Below, piece by piece: positions 42,808 through 57,418 of a DNA stretch of 64,000 nucleotides (position 1 is the stretch's first letter; every line of letters starts with the position of its first letter). The notes below the pieces were generated by a model. It made no database searches. It was given only the letters and a program-made list of their open reading frames with translations, and had not been told where the DNA came from. The DNA is taken from positions 24,304,001-24,368,000 of the forward strand of contig OX597830.1 of NCBI GenBank assembly GCA_951406725.2, given 5' to 3'. The stretch comes from Octopus vulgaris (taxonomy: Eukaryota). Position numbers and translations under genes: made by a program.

Positions 42808-43985
42808 CAGGCTTCCCCATTTACTTGCACAGCAAACCTCGTTTATCACGGATATTCGGTAAAATATAAAGCAGTTATGAAAGAAACGTCTATCTCCATG
42901 CACGAGAACGAATGATAGATTCATTGATAGCAGATTCGCGGTCCACAGCAACTAAGTTTCCACCGTCGCTACATGGAGGATTCCCCATTTTCTAGCACAC
43001 CAAACCTCGTTTATCACGGATATTCGGTAAAATATAAAGCAGTTATGAGGGAATCATCTATCCCCATGCACTAGAAAGAATGATCGATTCATTGACAGCA
43101 GATTCGCGGCCCACAGCAACTATTCTTCCATCGTCACTACGTGGAGACTTCCCCATTTTCTAGTACACTAAACCTCGTTTATCACGGATATTCGATAAAA
43201 TATAAAGCAGTTATGAAGGAAACATCTATCTCCATGCACGAGAATGAATGATAGATTCATTGATAGCAGATTCGCGGTCCACAGCAACTAAGTTTCCACC
43301 GTCGCTACATGGAGGATTCCCCATTTTCTAGCACACCAAACCTCGTTTATCACGGATATTCGGTAAAATATAAAAGTTATGAAGGAAACATCTATCTCCA
43401 TGCACGAGAACGAATGGTAGATTCATTGACAGCAGATTCGCGGTCCACAGCAACTAAGCTTCCCCCGTCACTACGTAGAGGCTTCCCCATTTTCTAGTAC
43501 ACTAAACCTCGTTTATCACGGATATTCGGTAAAATATAAAAGTTATGAAGGAATCATCTATCCCCATGCACTAGAAAGAATGGTCGATTCATTGACTGCA
43601 GATTCGCGGCCCACAGCAACTATTTTTCCATCGTCACCACGTAGAGGCTTCCCCATTTTCTAGTACACTAAACCTCGTTTATCACGGATATTCGGTAAAA
43701 TATAAAGCAGTTATGAGGGAATCATCTATCTTCATGCACTAGAACGAATGGTAGATTCACTGACAGCAGATTCGCGGTCCACAGCAACTAAGCTTCCCCC
43801 GTCATTACGTAGAGGCTTCCCCATTTTCTAGCACACCAATCATCGTTTATCACGGATATTTGATAAATAATAAAACACAGTGATGAAAGAATCATCTATC
43901 TCCATGCACGTTGTAAATGGAACGAATGGTAGATTCATTCACACCAAACTCACGACCCAAGGCAAGTACGCTTCCACCGTCACGT
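42808..43985. repeat. Tandem array of ~7 units of 166-168 bp derived from a pogo/Tigger-like transposon
   Basis: The (a)aacctc anchor preceding gtttatcacgg ends at 42840, 43008, 43176, 43344, 43510, 43676 and (variant) 43844. Confidence 0.93.
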
Positions 43986-44060
43986 ATTTTCTTGATCATT
44001 TCTACCTTTTTCTTGTAGAGAATACACTTGTCTGCTTCGTTTGCTAGAATCAGGTGCCTT
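43892..44060 (-). pseudogene. pogo/Tigger-like transposase N-terminal HTH (psq/CENP-B type) remnant
   Basis: KKKVEMIKKIRDGGSVLALGREFGVNESTIRSI. Confidence 0.75.
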
Positions 44061-45068
44061 CGTAGATTTTCTGTACAATGATCCCATGTTGATGGGCACA
44101 AGTGTGTAATCCGTGTAAAAGTATACGCTGTCTCGTAGCAGTAAACACAAACAATAACCTGTGCATTCTGGGTACCTGAGTATTGTGGGTACAAACAGAA
44201 TCTTCGACTGATCACCTAGATTATCCTAGATTATCCTAGATCAATCAGTGATAAGCGTAACATAGGTCGTAATTGAGCATACCGTGTTATCCTGAATCAG
44301 TGATGAATGAATCAACGATAAACAAAGCAGCATGAATTAAATAACGGTGCTGTTGTCGTGGGGTTTTTTTTAATCTAGCACTATGACTTTCCCGATTTCT
44401 AAGTTAAGGTTAAAAATTAAGCAACCCCGCAAAACAACTAATCTTTACACACAGACGCACAGAATAACATCAATCAAATAACGACAGCGGAGTGAAAAAT
44501 AAGCATCAGCGGTCTGACTGTCGCCTGTACACTTGACAAGAGATGCCAGTTTGTCTTTTACACCTACCAGGCTCGTTCGTATTAGCCCGAGTTGCTGGAT
44601 AATTTTTCGTTCCTTTAAGAATATTGTAGAAGGGAAACTTTTCATAGATTGGAATTTAAATCCTAATCTCTACAGAAATTTATTATTTCAAGAAAGCACT
44701 GAAATTGAATTAGTTTTAATTTTTACGATTATAGATAACAACTCGGGATGTAACTTCTGAGCCCGAATCAGTCGCGTGTGAACGATGTCGGGAGAAGGTC
44801 TGCTACGAATGATATCTTTTGACACAGGTCACCTCTAACACGATCGCCAGACGCTGAACGAAAATGAATGAACTGCGACCGGCTCAATAAAAGGGGCCAG
44901 AGTTATTGGCTGAAATTACATACTTAAAATCAGTGTTGACAGAAATTAATTCAGCTTGCAAATACACGTTCACTTTACTAAGCTTATAATCGGGCTAAGC
45001 CCGAACAGCCCGAGTGCCGGAGTAGCCACTGATACATACATACATACATACATACATACATACATACA

Positions 45069-45099
<31 letters not shown>

Positions 45100-45236
45100 G
45101 TGTGTGTATATATACATATATATATTTATGTATGTATGTAGATATATATATATACATAGAGAGAGAGAGAGAAGAGGAGGGAAAGAGGGAGAGAAAGAGA
45201 GACAAAGGAGAGAGTTACGGTGACATATATATATAT

Positions 45237-45429
45237 ACTCTTTTACTCTTTTACTTGTTTCAGTCATTTGACTGCGGCCATGCTGGAGCACCGCCTTTAG
45301 TGGAGCAAATCAACCCCGGGACTTATTCTTTGTAAGCCCAGTACTTATTCTATCGATTTCTTTTGCCGAACCGCTAAGTGACGGAGACGTAAACACACCA
45401 GCATCGGTTGTCAAGCAATGCTAGGGGGA

Positions 45430-45503
<74 letters not shown>

Positions 45504-45668
45504 TACGACAGGCTTCTTTCAGTTTCCGTCAACCAAATCCACTCACAAGGCATCGGTCGGCCTGGGGCTATAGCAGAAGACACTTGCCCAAGATGCCACG
45601 CAGTGGGACTGAACCCGGAACCATGTGGTTGGTTAGCAAGCTACTTACCACACAGCCACTCCTGCGCC
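45237..45668 (-). mobile_element. SINE family A, full length
   Basis: Family match. Confidence 0.92.
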
Positions 45669-46337
45669 TGTATGTATATATTAAAACATTTTCGGGAACA
45701 ATTTCCTACCGGTTTCAATCAGTTAAAAATTCGAATTAGTTATTTTCAGGAATTGAAACCGGTGGCATACTGTGATAAAAATATAAATGCTCTTTTATCC
45801 ATAACAAAATTCTTAAAGTATTTTCTTCTTGTTGCTTTTTTAATATAGATCTAATTGTGTAAAACCTCTTACCTTTTCAGTATATGCGTATGCATGTGTG
45901 TATATATATGTATGGGAGTATTATGCGAGCATGTATGTATGTGTGCATATGTGTGTGTATGTGTGTTTGTGTGTGTGTGCGCGTGTGCCGATTTGATTGT
46001 GCGTAAATGTGTATATGGTCCGCGTGTAGGGTGATTCAAGGTGCCCGCATCGTTATTTAAATGAAGTATAAAATTTTTATCTCAGTTTCTTAAAGTTTTC
46101 TTTTTATGTTTTTCAAACTATCTTTCGTATTTTCTTAATTTTTTGTTAATGACATTTTCGAAAATATATAAATCGATCAATCAATATGTATGTATTGATA
46201 GATTAATTGGAAAATGTCGTTATAAAAAATTGAGAGGATATTTATTATCCTAAAAAGGACGCTATGTACTTGTGTATGTGTGTGTGTATGTGTGTATGTG
46301 CGCGCGTGTGTGGTGCGTGTGTATGCTTACGTATGTA

Positions 46338-46751
46338 GGCGCAAGAGTGACTGTGTGGTAAGTAGCTTGCTTACCAACCACATGGTTCCGGGTTCAGTCC
46401 CACTGCGTGGCACTTTGCGCAAGTGTCTTCTACTATAGCCTCAGACCGAGAAAAGTGGATTTGGTAGACGGAAAGTGAAAGAAGCCCGTCGTATATATGT
46501 ATTCGTATATATATATATATATATATACGTGTGTGTGTATGTGTGTATGTGTGTCTGTGTGTCTGTGTTTGTTACCCCAACATTGCTTGACAATCGATGC
46601 TGGTGTGTTTACGTCCCCGTAACTTAGCGGCAAAAGTACTGATACAATAAGCACTGGGCTTACAAAGAATAAGTCCTGGGGTCGATTTGCTCGACTAACG
46701 GCGGTGCTCCAGCATGGCCGTAGTCAAATGACTGAAACAAGTAAAAGAGTA
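46338..46751 (+). mobile_element. SINE family A
   Basis: Family match, opposite orientation to 45237-45668. Confidence 0.9.
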
Positions 46752-47181
46752 TATGTGAATGTATATATGTATATGATGGTAGCGACTGAGTAAGATCTCT
46801 TCCTAAACTCCGCGTAGAATTTCTGGGAATCCAAGAAATTCCTGCGTGTGAATTTACCTTGAATGATAAAGAGCTTTCCAGCGCAAACAGTTGTAAAACC
46901 AGTGGCACAACAGAGGTTGAGACCACCAGAAACCGATAGCACTTCGAGTTTTTTTATACGAATTTTCCCTTTCCTTGAAGGAAGTTCTATGGAGAACTGG
47001 GGGTACTTCATTCCAGTCAGTTTACATGCTTGTTAATCCCTAGATAGGATCTTAATAGGTACACCAACTCTGAATAGACCAGGGAACAATAGTGGCTAAG
47101 AGGTAGTGCCACACCCTTTAAAACCCTGGGATTCCCAAACCAGGCCCCCACTACTTCATGTAGTTTAAGGTCATAAAGAGG

Positions 47182-47229
<48 letters not shown>

Positions 47230-47261
47230 GTATAAATATATATATTCATTTTTTTCTTTTT

Positions 47262-47460
47262 ATTTGTTTCAGTCATTTGACTGCGGCCATGTTGGAGCAC
47301 CGCCTTTAATCGAGCAAATCGACCCCCAGAACTTATTCTTTGTAAGTCTAGTACTTATTCTATAGGTCTCTTTTGCCGAACCGCTACGTTTCGGGGACGT
47401 AAATACACCAACATCAGTTGTCAAGCGATGGTGGGGTGGGGGACAAAAACAGATACACAA
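47262..47460 (-). mobile_element. SINE family A 3' half
   Basis: Family match. Confidence 0.85.
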
Positions 47461-47494
47461 GCATATATATATATACATACATATATACATATAC

Positions 47495-47607
<113 letters not shown>

Positions 47608-47896
47608 ACATATATGTATGTATGTATGTATATAGGTGAGAGAGTTGGTGTGTGAAAGTACGTGGTTGGATATATAAAAAATAAAAAAAAAAGAGTGAAA
47701 AAACTACAGAAGGCTTGTGTTATAAGGTTAAAGAATATATTTAAGTCGTTATGTTAGAAAAATGTTAGAAAATTTTGTGTATAGTAAACATAACGACTTA
47801 AATATAATCTATTTTGTCGGCTCATTAGTAAAGGCACGGATGTGTGCCCTTAAATTTTCACTAATATTTGGGAGTAGGGCTAATATTTGTCAGAGT

Positions 47897-47978
47897 AAGA
47901 GCTTCAGTGTGTAAGAACTTCAGTGTGTAAGAACTTCAGTGTCAGAACTTCAGGTTTGAAGAGTGAGAACTTCAGTCA
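47897..47978. repeat. Short tandem of AGAACTTCAG(TGTGTA) units
   Basis: Five visible copies of the core. Confidence 0.85.
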
Positions 47979-48487
47979 TGAAACTCCCGCTGGAAGGGAA
48001 ATAAGGTTTTCCTTAACTAAATTCCATTTTGATGCCACGTGCTTATTCTATCACAAAGTCAAGTTGTTTGCTATTTTCCATTGATGATATCAGCAAAGAA
48101 CTCGTGAATAGCTTTAATTTTCTACATTGTTGTAAATGTTTGCTTATATTCACTTATTTAGTATTGGTAACAAAGGATTTAATAACTGAAAATATATTTT
48201 AACAGTTAGGTCACCTTCGTGATAGTTTCGTGGAAGAGAATGAGATTTTTTTTGTGTGTGGTCTGGACAAGATGCTTGTCAGACTAATTGTCCTGTAAAT
48301 AGGCCAACAAAACAAAATATGTTTAGCTTTCTTTTAATTTAGTTATACTTTATTGCTAGGTTTCTTCAATGTTGTGAAGTATTGGCTGCGACCTCACATA
48401 GAATTTTCACTTTTAGTTACCCAACGCTTCACATTTAGAGTGAAATATTTTCTTTGTGCCTTCATGAGCGGAAGTTTGTATTAACCA

Positions 48488-49458
48488 TCATCATCATTCA
48501 TCATTGTTCGACCGTGGTCGAGACAATGAAATTTACTATGTTACGCCAGACTTCACGGTCCATCATAGCATTACGGAGGTCCTGTTGCTGGATGCCTGTA
48601 TCCCTGGAGATTACATCAGGGTAGGAGAGTGTGCGCCCTCTGGTGTTGCGAGTAGATGGCTTCCAGAGGAGAAGAGTATAAATTACTTCTTTTTCAGCTT
48701 TACAACAATGTCCAGCAAACTGGACTCTCCTACCTTTCACAAGAGATGACACAGGTGGTAAGTTCCCATATATTTGCATTTTGGTTGGATGGCGCCTCCA
48801 CGAGAGATTTTGAGCTCTCATAAGGAGGCGAGTGTAGGTTCCATCCAACCGCCTCTCAAGCTTCTTTGATAACGTCCAGGTTTCTGAGCCATATGGTAGA
48901 ATTGGTTCGACTGTGGCTTTGAATATTTCAAGTTTGAAGTCTCTACTTAGATTTGATGACCAGATCTTATGCATGTCATTACAGGCTGACCAGGCCATAC
49001 CCTTTCTAGTTAGAAAGTCTTTTCCAGATGATGATATGTATGACCCAAGATATTTATAATCAGAAACCATATTTAAAGGCGCACTGTTGAGAGTGTGGAT
49101 GATGCAATCACTGTTGGACAGACACTTGTTTATGTATTCAGTTTTGGCCTCATTGAGGTAAAGACCTACACAATTTGAGGCTTGTTCAAGAAATTGTAAA
49201 AGAGACTGGGCATTGGAGAGAGAATCACTGATAAGAGCGATGTCGTCAGCAAAGTCAGTGTCTGTCAAGTACTCAGTTGGGTGTCTGGAACTTCTTCTTG
49301 GTTTTTTATTTCAAAGCCCTTGCCAGAGATGGTATCAACTGACATACGTAGCACATAATCAACAACAATGATGAAAAGAAATGGGGCGAGTGTGTCTCCC
49401 TGCAGTATTCCGGCTTTGATTGAGAAAGATTATGTTTCTCCATCAGGGGTTAAGATGG
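48488..49458 (-). mobile_element. RTE-group LINE 3' fragment with (TGA)n tail and 12-bp TSD
   Basis: GILQGDTLAPFLFIIVVDYVL, DFADDIAL, YKYLGS, YGSETWTL; TTGTATTAACCA at 48476-48487 and 49459-49470. Confidence 0.9.
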
Positions 49459-50262
49459 TTGTATTAACCAGTTAGCCAGGTACACCGTAAGTATACCCTT
49501 GACAGCTAGTGTTGGATATCTACGTCTCTGTATACTAACGATTTGACAAAAGAGACCGGTAGAATAAGTTTCAGTCTTAAAATACATACTAGTGTTTATT
49601 ATTTCAACTAGGCCCCTCGAGGCAGTGCTTCAGCATGGCTGCAATTCAATGACAGAAGCAAATAAATGCTAAAAGCTAAAAGATATGAATGTTTCGGCGA
49701 AATATTCGTACAAACCTTCAAAGTAACAGCCAACGATTTTACTTTAATACGTTATTCCAGACGTTATCCTGTATTGGTTTTGGTAGAGAAAAACAAATTA
49801 AGATAACAGTTATTGTTTGCTGCCGTCGGTGTAATGTATGTTGTTGGCAGCGAAAATTTGCAATTGTATTCCGTTTATAATGTTTTCGTTAAGGCCCTGG
49901 CTTATTATATAATCATATAACGAGTTTCGTCCGTGTTTGAGAGCAAACTAGCTTACAGTGATTACATCGGTAGCTGGAATGTCCAAGCAATTTAGAAAGA
50001 TTTCGGAGCTGAAAGAAATCGGTGGTGAAATCGTTGTTTACTTCAGACGGCCATGACACATATATCGATGACTGCTTTTTTTTTTCTTTCTTTGCAAGTT
50101 GTATAATTATACTGTGGAGGAAGATAACACTTCTTGATGGTTTGTATTATTACAAAAATTTAAATGTATATTTTCTGTCATAGAATTGCGTATGCGTGCG
50201 GTAATATATATCTGTGTGAATATGAGTGTGTGAATGTACGTGTATGTGAGTGTATGAGAGAT

Positions 50263-50314
<52 letters not shown>

Positions 50315-50390
50315 CATCTAAGTATGAAAGTGCGTATGAATTTATGTCTTTGCGTATCCATTTACTTGTATGCATAAATATATGTGCAAG

Positions 50391-50485
<95 letters not shown>

Positions 50486-50535
50486 ATAGATATTTGTGTG
50501 CATAAATATATATACACATTTATATATACATATAC

Positions 50536-50628
<93 letters not shown>

Positions 50629-51225
50629 CATACATACACACATATATATATATATATATGAGGGCATGCATGTATGTATTACTGTTCTATGAATTAATGT
50701 ATAGAATTATGTATACATACAAGCAAACACATACAAACGCACACAATTATATATACAGATATACATATATTCACACACTTCTCAACGCAGAAACATATGT
50801 GTGTGTTCACATGTTACACACATATACTCCAATCCTGCACACTCGCACACAGATATTTCTAAACATCAAATTTACATTGCATCTTCTGATGCCCTCTCAA
50901 TCAAGTTGATAGCAAATATAATTCTCACTATAATTTGATATCTCCTCATACGCATCGTATTATATCTAATATCATACATCAGTGCTATATCTTGTGTCTC
51001 ACATTTAATGGAGAATCACACAACTGCATTACGAAAATATAGACTGTGCGAAAAAAAAACAAAACAACCTAAAACAAAAAAAACCCAGAAAAGTATAACG
51101 TATCTATCGATCAATAGTTCGAATTTCTGTGTGTGTGCTTGTGCGTATAATCTATATATATATATATATATATATACATACATACATACATATACATATA
51201 TGTGTATGTACGTACATATATGTAA

Positions 51226-51260
<35 letters not shown>

Positions 51261-51390
51261 GTTTATAAAGATATAGACACACAAACACGTTTATATATGC
51301 ATATACACATACTTATATATATATGTATGAGTGTATGTATATATATATATATATATATATGCATGCATGTATATATATATATATATATAT

Positions 51391-51423
<33 letters not shown>

Positions 51424-51428
51424 CACAC

Positions 51429-51475
<47 letters not shown>

Positions 51476-51871
51476 TATATGTGTGTGTGTGTATGTATGT
51501 ATAACTAGGTAGCTAGATAGATAGATGTAAAGAGAGAGACAGAATTTGTGTTGGAATCATATAGATGTGTGTGTGTCTGTGTGCGAGTGGATGTGTCCGC
51601 GTGTATATCTGTATGTGTGTATAAGTGAGAGCGTGCGCGAGCGCGTGGAATTTGGAATTCGTAATCTTGTTACTCCATAATTATGGAAGAACTTGATGCT
51701 TAATATACGTGCAACTATAAATTTGTGTGTATGTACATGTGTGATCACATGTATATATGCATATATATGTATGTATATATATAGACATGTATATATGCAT
51801 ATATATGTATGTATATATATAGACATATATATATATATATATACATGTCTATATATATACATACATATATA

Positions 51872-51918
<47 letters not shown>

Positions 51919-53133
51919 AAGTATGTCTATGTGTACAGACATTGTGTATCGTATATGAGCATGCATGCGAGTGGGTATGTCTGAATGCGTGTAGATGTGT
52001 GTGTGTGTTTGTGTATGCTTTTGTGCGCGCGCGTGTGTGTGTGTATGTGCGTGTGAAAACGCTTGCCAAATAACACTGCCAGCCAGAAGACACAATGAAC
52101 AAGCTAAGCTAAAGGACATTAGCCAAAGCTGAAGAATTATATTGACTTCCGAACCGGTAAGATATTTCGCTTCAAGTGAAAAAACACCAAAATAATAAAC
52201 AAATACATAAATATAAATAAAAAAGAAGCAGATTTTCACAAATTTCTTTTCTACTCTCTCCCTCTCTCTCTCTCTCTTTCTTTGTCTCTTAAACTATTTA
52301 TTATTATTTTGTCTTTTGTCTTTCATTAAGTCGCTTTCTCATTAGCTGTCAGCGCAATTAAATTAACTGGGTTTTATTTGATGAATAACCGGTTGTTAAA
52401 GCAATTGATTAATTGTTACAGCAATGATTGTGTGTAAAGAGGTGAGATACAAAAGAAAGAAATTCTGAAGAATGAAAAAAAAGCAAACGTATGAAGTGTT
52501 TGAGCGAAAAAAAAAATATATAAAGTATTTAAATTCATAAGAAAATTACGAGAAACGAAAGTAACAAAAAATATATAAATGAAAATTGGACGCCATCCAA
52601 AATGGATAATGAAAATGTAATGGCCTCCCTTGGCTTAAAATGTCTCTAAATATCGAATGTTATTTAAAATTTTACTTTACACACACACACATACACACAC
52701 ACACACACACGCATACGTACAGATATAAGTATATACAGACATAGAAACGCACACTAGCGCATACACATGCATACAAACATACATAAGCTCATAGACTTGC
52801 AGATGTATTGATGTATACACGTACGAAAACATACCCCGACTGTCTATATTTGTATAAACATCCATCTATCCGTATGTGTGTGTATGTGTTTGTGAATTTA
52901 TGTGTGAGTACATGCATCAAGTGGCTGCAATCATATTGTGTATATGTGTGTATGTGTGGTGTATATATGTGTGTATATATATATACATATACATATATAT
53001 ATATATATATACATATATATACAAACATATATACACTACACATACTCACACACACACACATACACACACACACATATATATGAATATTGAATATTTATAG
53101 GTATGTATGTATGTGTGAATGTATACATATGTA

Positions 53134-53282
53134 GGCGTAGGTGCAATTGTGTCGTAAGAAGTTGGCTCCGGGTTCAGTCCCACTGCGTGGCACCATGGGC
53201 AGCAACTGCCTTTCGCTATAACCTCGGGCCAACCAAACCCTTGTTAGTGAATTTGGTAGACGGAAACTGAAAGAAGTCCGCT
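53134..53282 (+). mobile_element. SINE family A 5' half (diverged)
   Basis: ggttcagtcccactgcgtggcacc...ggtagacggaaactgaaagaag. Confidence 0.8.
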
Positions 53283-53713
53283 GTATATGTGTACATTTGT
53301 GTACTTGTGGGTGTGTTTTTCTGTTTGTGTCTATCACTAAACTAAATATTTGTTTCAAATTTTGGTACATGGCCAGTAAGTTCAGGAAAGGGGCTCAGTC
53401 GACCCCAGTGTTCAACGGGTACATATTTCATCGATTTCGAACGTTTCAAAGGGGAAGCCGCTCTTCAATAAACCAAATGTTGATCTCATAACTTTGTCCG
53501 TGACGCAAGTGAAATACGCGGGCATAATCTCTCCTCCTCGTCCTCCTCCTCCACCACCACTCTCTTCTCTTTCTTCTCTTTCTCTGTCTGTGGAGACAGA
53601 CAGACAGGCAGATGTGTAGGTAGAGAGAGAGACTAACGTATAGATAGATAAATAGATAGATACGTAGGTAGATAGATAGATATACAGACAGATAGTCGGA
53701 TAAACAGATAGGC

Positions 53714-53792
<79 letters not shown>

Positions 53793-54403
53793 CAGACCAG
53801 TCAGGCAGATAAATAGATAGATAGACAGACAGTCAGGCAGACATAGTCACATATGTTTATGTGTTTTCGTTGTTATATAGTCAACTTGTCTTTATCTTTA
53901 AGCTTCTCGCTGTTCGGGTCATTCGGCTATATCATTAAAGTATCGTAAATATGCTTTTGTAGTGTCTCATCCGGTGGTTTACGACATGAGTTCAAATCCC
54001 GTCGAAACCAGCTTTGCTTTTCATGCTTCTTGTGTCAATAAAGTATCAGACGGTCCTAGTTTTTTCTTTTTTGCTCAGATATCATCTTTGAAGTAGTTGA
54101 AGCTGGATATGTCACTGAATTGGTGTCCTCACCAAATAGGGAAAGATGACATGTCATGGCGTTGCTCCTTCTTTACACGCTAATGTAAAATCTCAAACTC
54201 GCGCGAAGTTATGAATCCTTGTACTCACACATCCCAGTACTTATGCAGACCGATCTCGAAATATACTTACTACGGTGTGTATAATAATTACACACACTGA
54301 CACTTGTATAACTCATAGAGGTCTCTTTATAGTGTTCAACACACTCTCAATCACGCACTCACATACTCAAAGAATTATCTATACATACATATATGGAGGA
54401 GGA

Positions 54404-54737
54404 GGAGACCCCTTCAGTCATGAATGACCATGGGATTGCACCTAGAAAGTTACCCTCCCAGGCACAAGTCCGGGCAAGGTTGTTTGTGGAAGGCCAGTAG
54501 TCGCCCATTCATACCGGCCTCCCCTCTCCAAACCACTGATGTTATCCAAGGGAAAGGCAAAGAGGCCGATACAGCTTGGCACCAGTGATGTTGCAACTCA
54601 TTTCTACAGCTGAGTTAACCGGAGCAACGTGAAATAAAGTGTCTTGCTTAAGAACACAACACGCAGCCCGGTCCGGGAATCGAACTCACAATTTCACGAT
54701 CGTAAGCTCGACGCTCCAACCACTGACTCATGCGCCT
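54404..54737 (-). mobile_element. tRNA-derived SINE (family-B-like head, different 3' body); partial relative at 39657-39870
   Basis: Head ggcgcatgagtcagtggtt...gagttcgattcc; body gctgtatcggcc.ctttgcctttcccttggataacatcagtgg shared with ~39670. Confidence 0.8.
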
Positions 54738-55969
54738 TCATACATACATACATACATACATACATACATACATACATACATACATACATACATACATACA
54801 TACATGCGTACGTACGTACGTGCGTATATACATACGTACATAGATACGTACGTACATACAAGCAGCCGGATATATATTCACACAAATACACGTTGTATAT
54901 ACGCGTTAATTCTTCGATATCACTATGCCGTTAGGTGTTGCTAACACACATACAACCTTGTTAACATTTACAAATACACTCACACACATACACGAAAGCA
55001 CACAACTACGTGAGAATATATACCCGAAACCACACACAACAACGCATGTATACGCACACACATTTGTTCACAAATGCACACACTAAGATGCTCGCAGACA
55101 AGGACACATATAGGCGAATTCACTTATTGTAATATGCACAGACGCACAAGCTGTATACATTTTCCCACTAGCGATGGTGATATAACAGTAAAGGAAGACC
55201 TTCGGACTAAAAGAATTAGAATCTGTGTTAGTCCCTTCCGGCCATGTTCTGAGTTCGAATAAAACCCACCGAACCTCCCTTTACCTATCTCCAACCTCAG
55301 AAAACTTCTGGAACATATACACATAATCATTGTATGGATATTACCGTACTAAATTCTGGTGCCTCAACTTAAGTACCATATTCATTTGAATCTAAATTTT
55401 TGCTGAACTCATAATCATCTTTCTATAGAAAATCTATAGAGATAAACTTTAAAAAAGAAAATGAAAATATCGCACTGCTAACTCAGAGCAAATATGAAAT
55501 ATACCTGGTAGTGTATTACGGTTGCAAAATGAAATACTGTGTAATTGCCAGCAATTAATATGTAAGAACCAGTTTTCAGGATTGTGTTTTATGTGAAAAT
55601 TGGTCTCTCCAATTGCGTAACATCGCTAAACATAGTGGTTATTTAAACAATGTATTCATGGATAATCGATGGGTTACGTGTGATACTGATGAAAGAGCAA
55701 TAACTCTTGAAATATGCATATACCCATTACCTATTTTTCTTTCTTCGATCGCATTGTTTGCATAGACGTATTAGTTTACGAAACGTCAGAACAAGCAGTG
55801 TTGGTTCTGAATTCTATAAATAGATTCTGTAGAGATAAACATATAAGTCAAAATAGCGCACTAATATCAGCTAGGACACTGTAGAATGCCTTATAAAGCT
55901 GTAATATACTCGGTAGTATATTATGGTTACATAACGAAACACTGTGTCCTTGCTTGCAATTAATATCTA

Positions 55970-56560
55970 TGGCTAGCAGGCAGGATCGTTAGCACACCGA
56001 ATTAAACACTTAGCGGCGTTACATCTGAGTTCAAATTCCTCCGAAGTCGACTTTGCTTTACATCTTTCGGGGCCGATAGAATAAGTACCAGTACAAATCG
56101 ACTCACTCCTCCGCTCCCTCGAAATTGCTGGTCTTGTGTCAAATTGTGAGTTCAATATCTGAACACTGTGTGTAGATATGAAACAAGCAAACATACATAC
56201 GTCATAGATACATACATAGATATGATACATACATACATACATACATACATACATACATACATACATACATACATACATACATACATACATACATACATAC
56301 ACACACATTTGTATATATACAGTCATATAGAAATAATGATTATTTCTAATTTTAGCACAAGGCCAGCAGTTTTGAGGGTAGAGAACAAGACGTTTACATA
56401 GATTTCTGTACTTACCTGGTACTTTATTTTGTCGGTCCTGAAGGGATGAAAGGTAAAGTTCACATGACCGATACGGGAACTTGCAAACTAAAGAGCCGGA
56501 AGACATGGCACATAGCGCTTGGTCAGGCGCACTACCGATTCATCCAGCTAACCACCTTAG
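55970..56560. mobile_element. Two convergent diverged SINE family C copies (55970-56150 +, 56350-56560 -) around (CATA)n
   Basis: gagttcaaattcc...gtcgactttgc...aagtaccag motif on each strand. Confidence 0.65.
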
Positions 56561-56596
56561 CAACATCAACAGCAACAATAATGGTTTTGATTTGGA

Positions 56597-56914
56597 CACT
56601 TCGTCGGTTACGACGACGAGCGTTCTAGATTATCCGATCAGTGGAACAGCCTGCTCGTGAAAATAACGTGCAAATTGCCGAGAACTCCACAGACACGCGT
56701 ACCCTGAACTCAGTTCTGAAGGAGATTCAGCGTGACACAGAAGGGAACACGGCTGGCCCTTTGAACTACAGGTTCTATTCATGTTTGCCAGCTGAGTGGA
56801 CTGCAGCAATGTGAAATAAAGTGTCTTGCTCAAAGACACAATACGCTGACGTGTATCGAACTCGCAAACTTAAGATCTTTTTCAGAATACTCTAACCGCT
56901 AAGCCACCTGCCTT
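56597..56914 (-). mobile_element. SINE family B
   Basis: Reverse complement of 32193-32509. Confidence 0.85.
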
Positions 56915-57354
56915 CACGCACACACACGCGCACAAATACATAAATTTACAAACACACAAACGCACTCACACACATACCTATATATATTTGCGCCGGAACA
57001 CACGAACACGCATATCCTGCAAACTTTGAATCTCTTCAGAGCCGGATGAATGTGTCTTATTGAAATCAGTTCCTTAACAATTACAAAATCTCCAGGAAGA
57101 GATACTTCGAAGAACTAATCATTCATTTGGGGAGGGGCGCCTTTTGTTGCTCAAACATCCTCTCATACATCCAAAAAGGACCATTCCATTGATTGTGAAA
57201 ATCTCAAAATATCCAGTTACCAACATCGCATCAGACCGCTAAGAAAGGAAGTGGCACCGAACCTGAAACCGCTTGGTTGCAAAGCGAGATTCTTAACCAC
57301 ACAACTATGTGTGTACCTACACCAACACACGAACATGCACTCGCACACACACAC

Positions 57355-57418
<64 letters not shown>

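Noticed and set aside
42808-43985. CRISPR-like or coding-repeat reading of the 168-bp array
   Set aside because: Whole units repeat with no unique spacers, the context is eukaryotic, and stops plus 166-bp units break any frame
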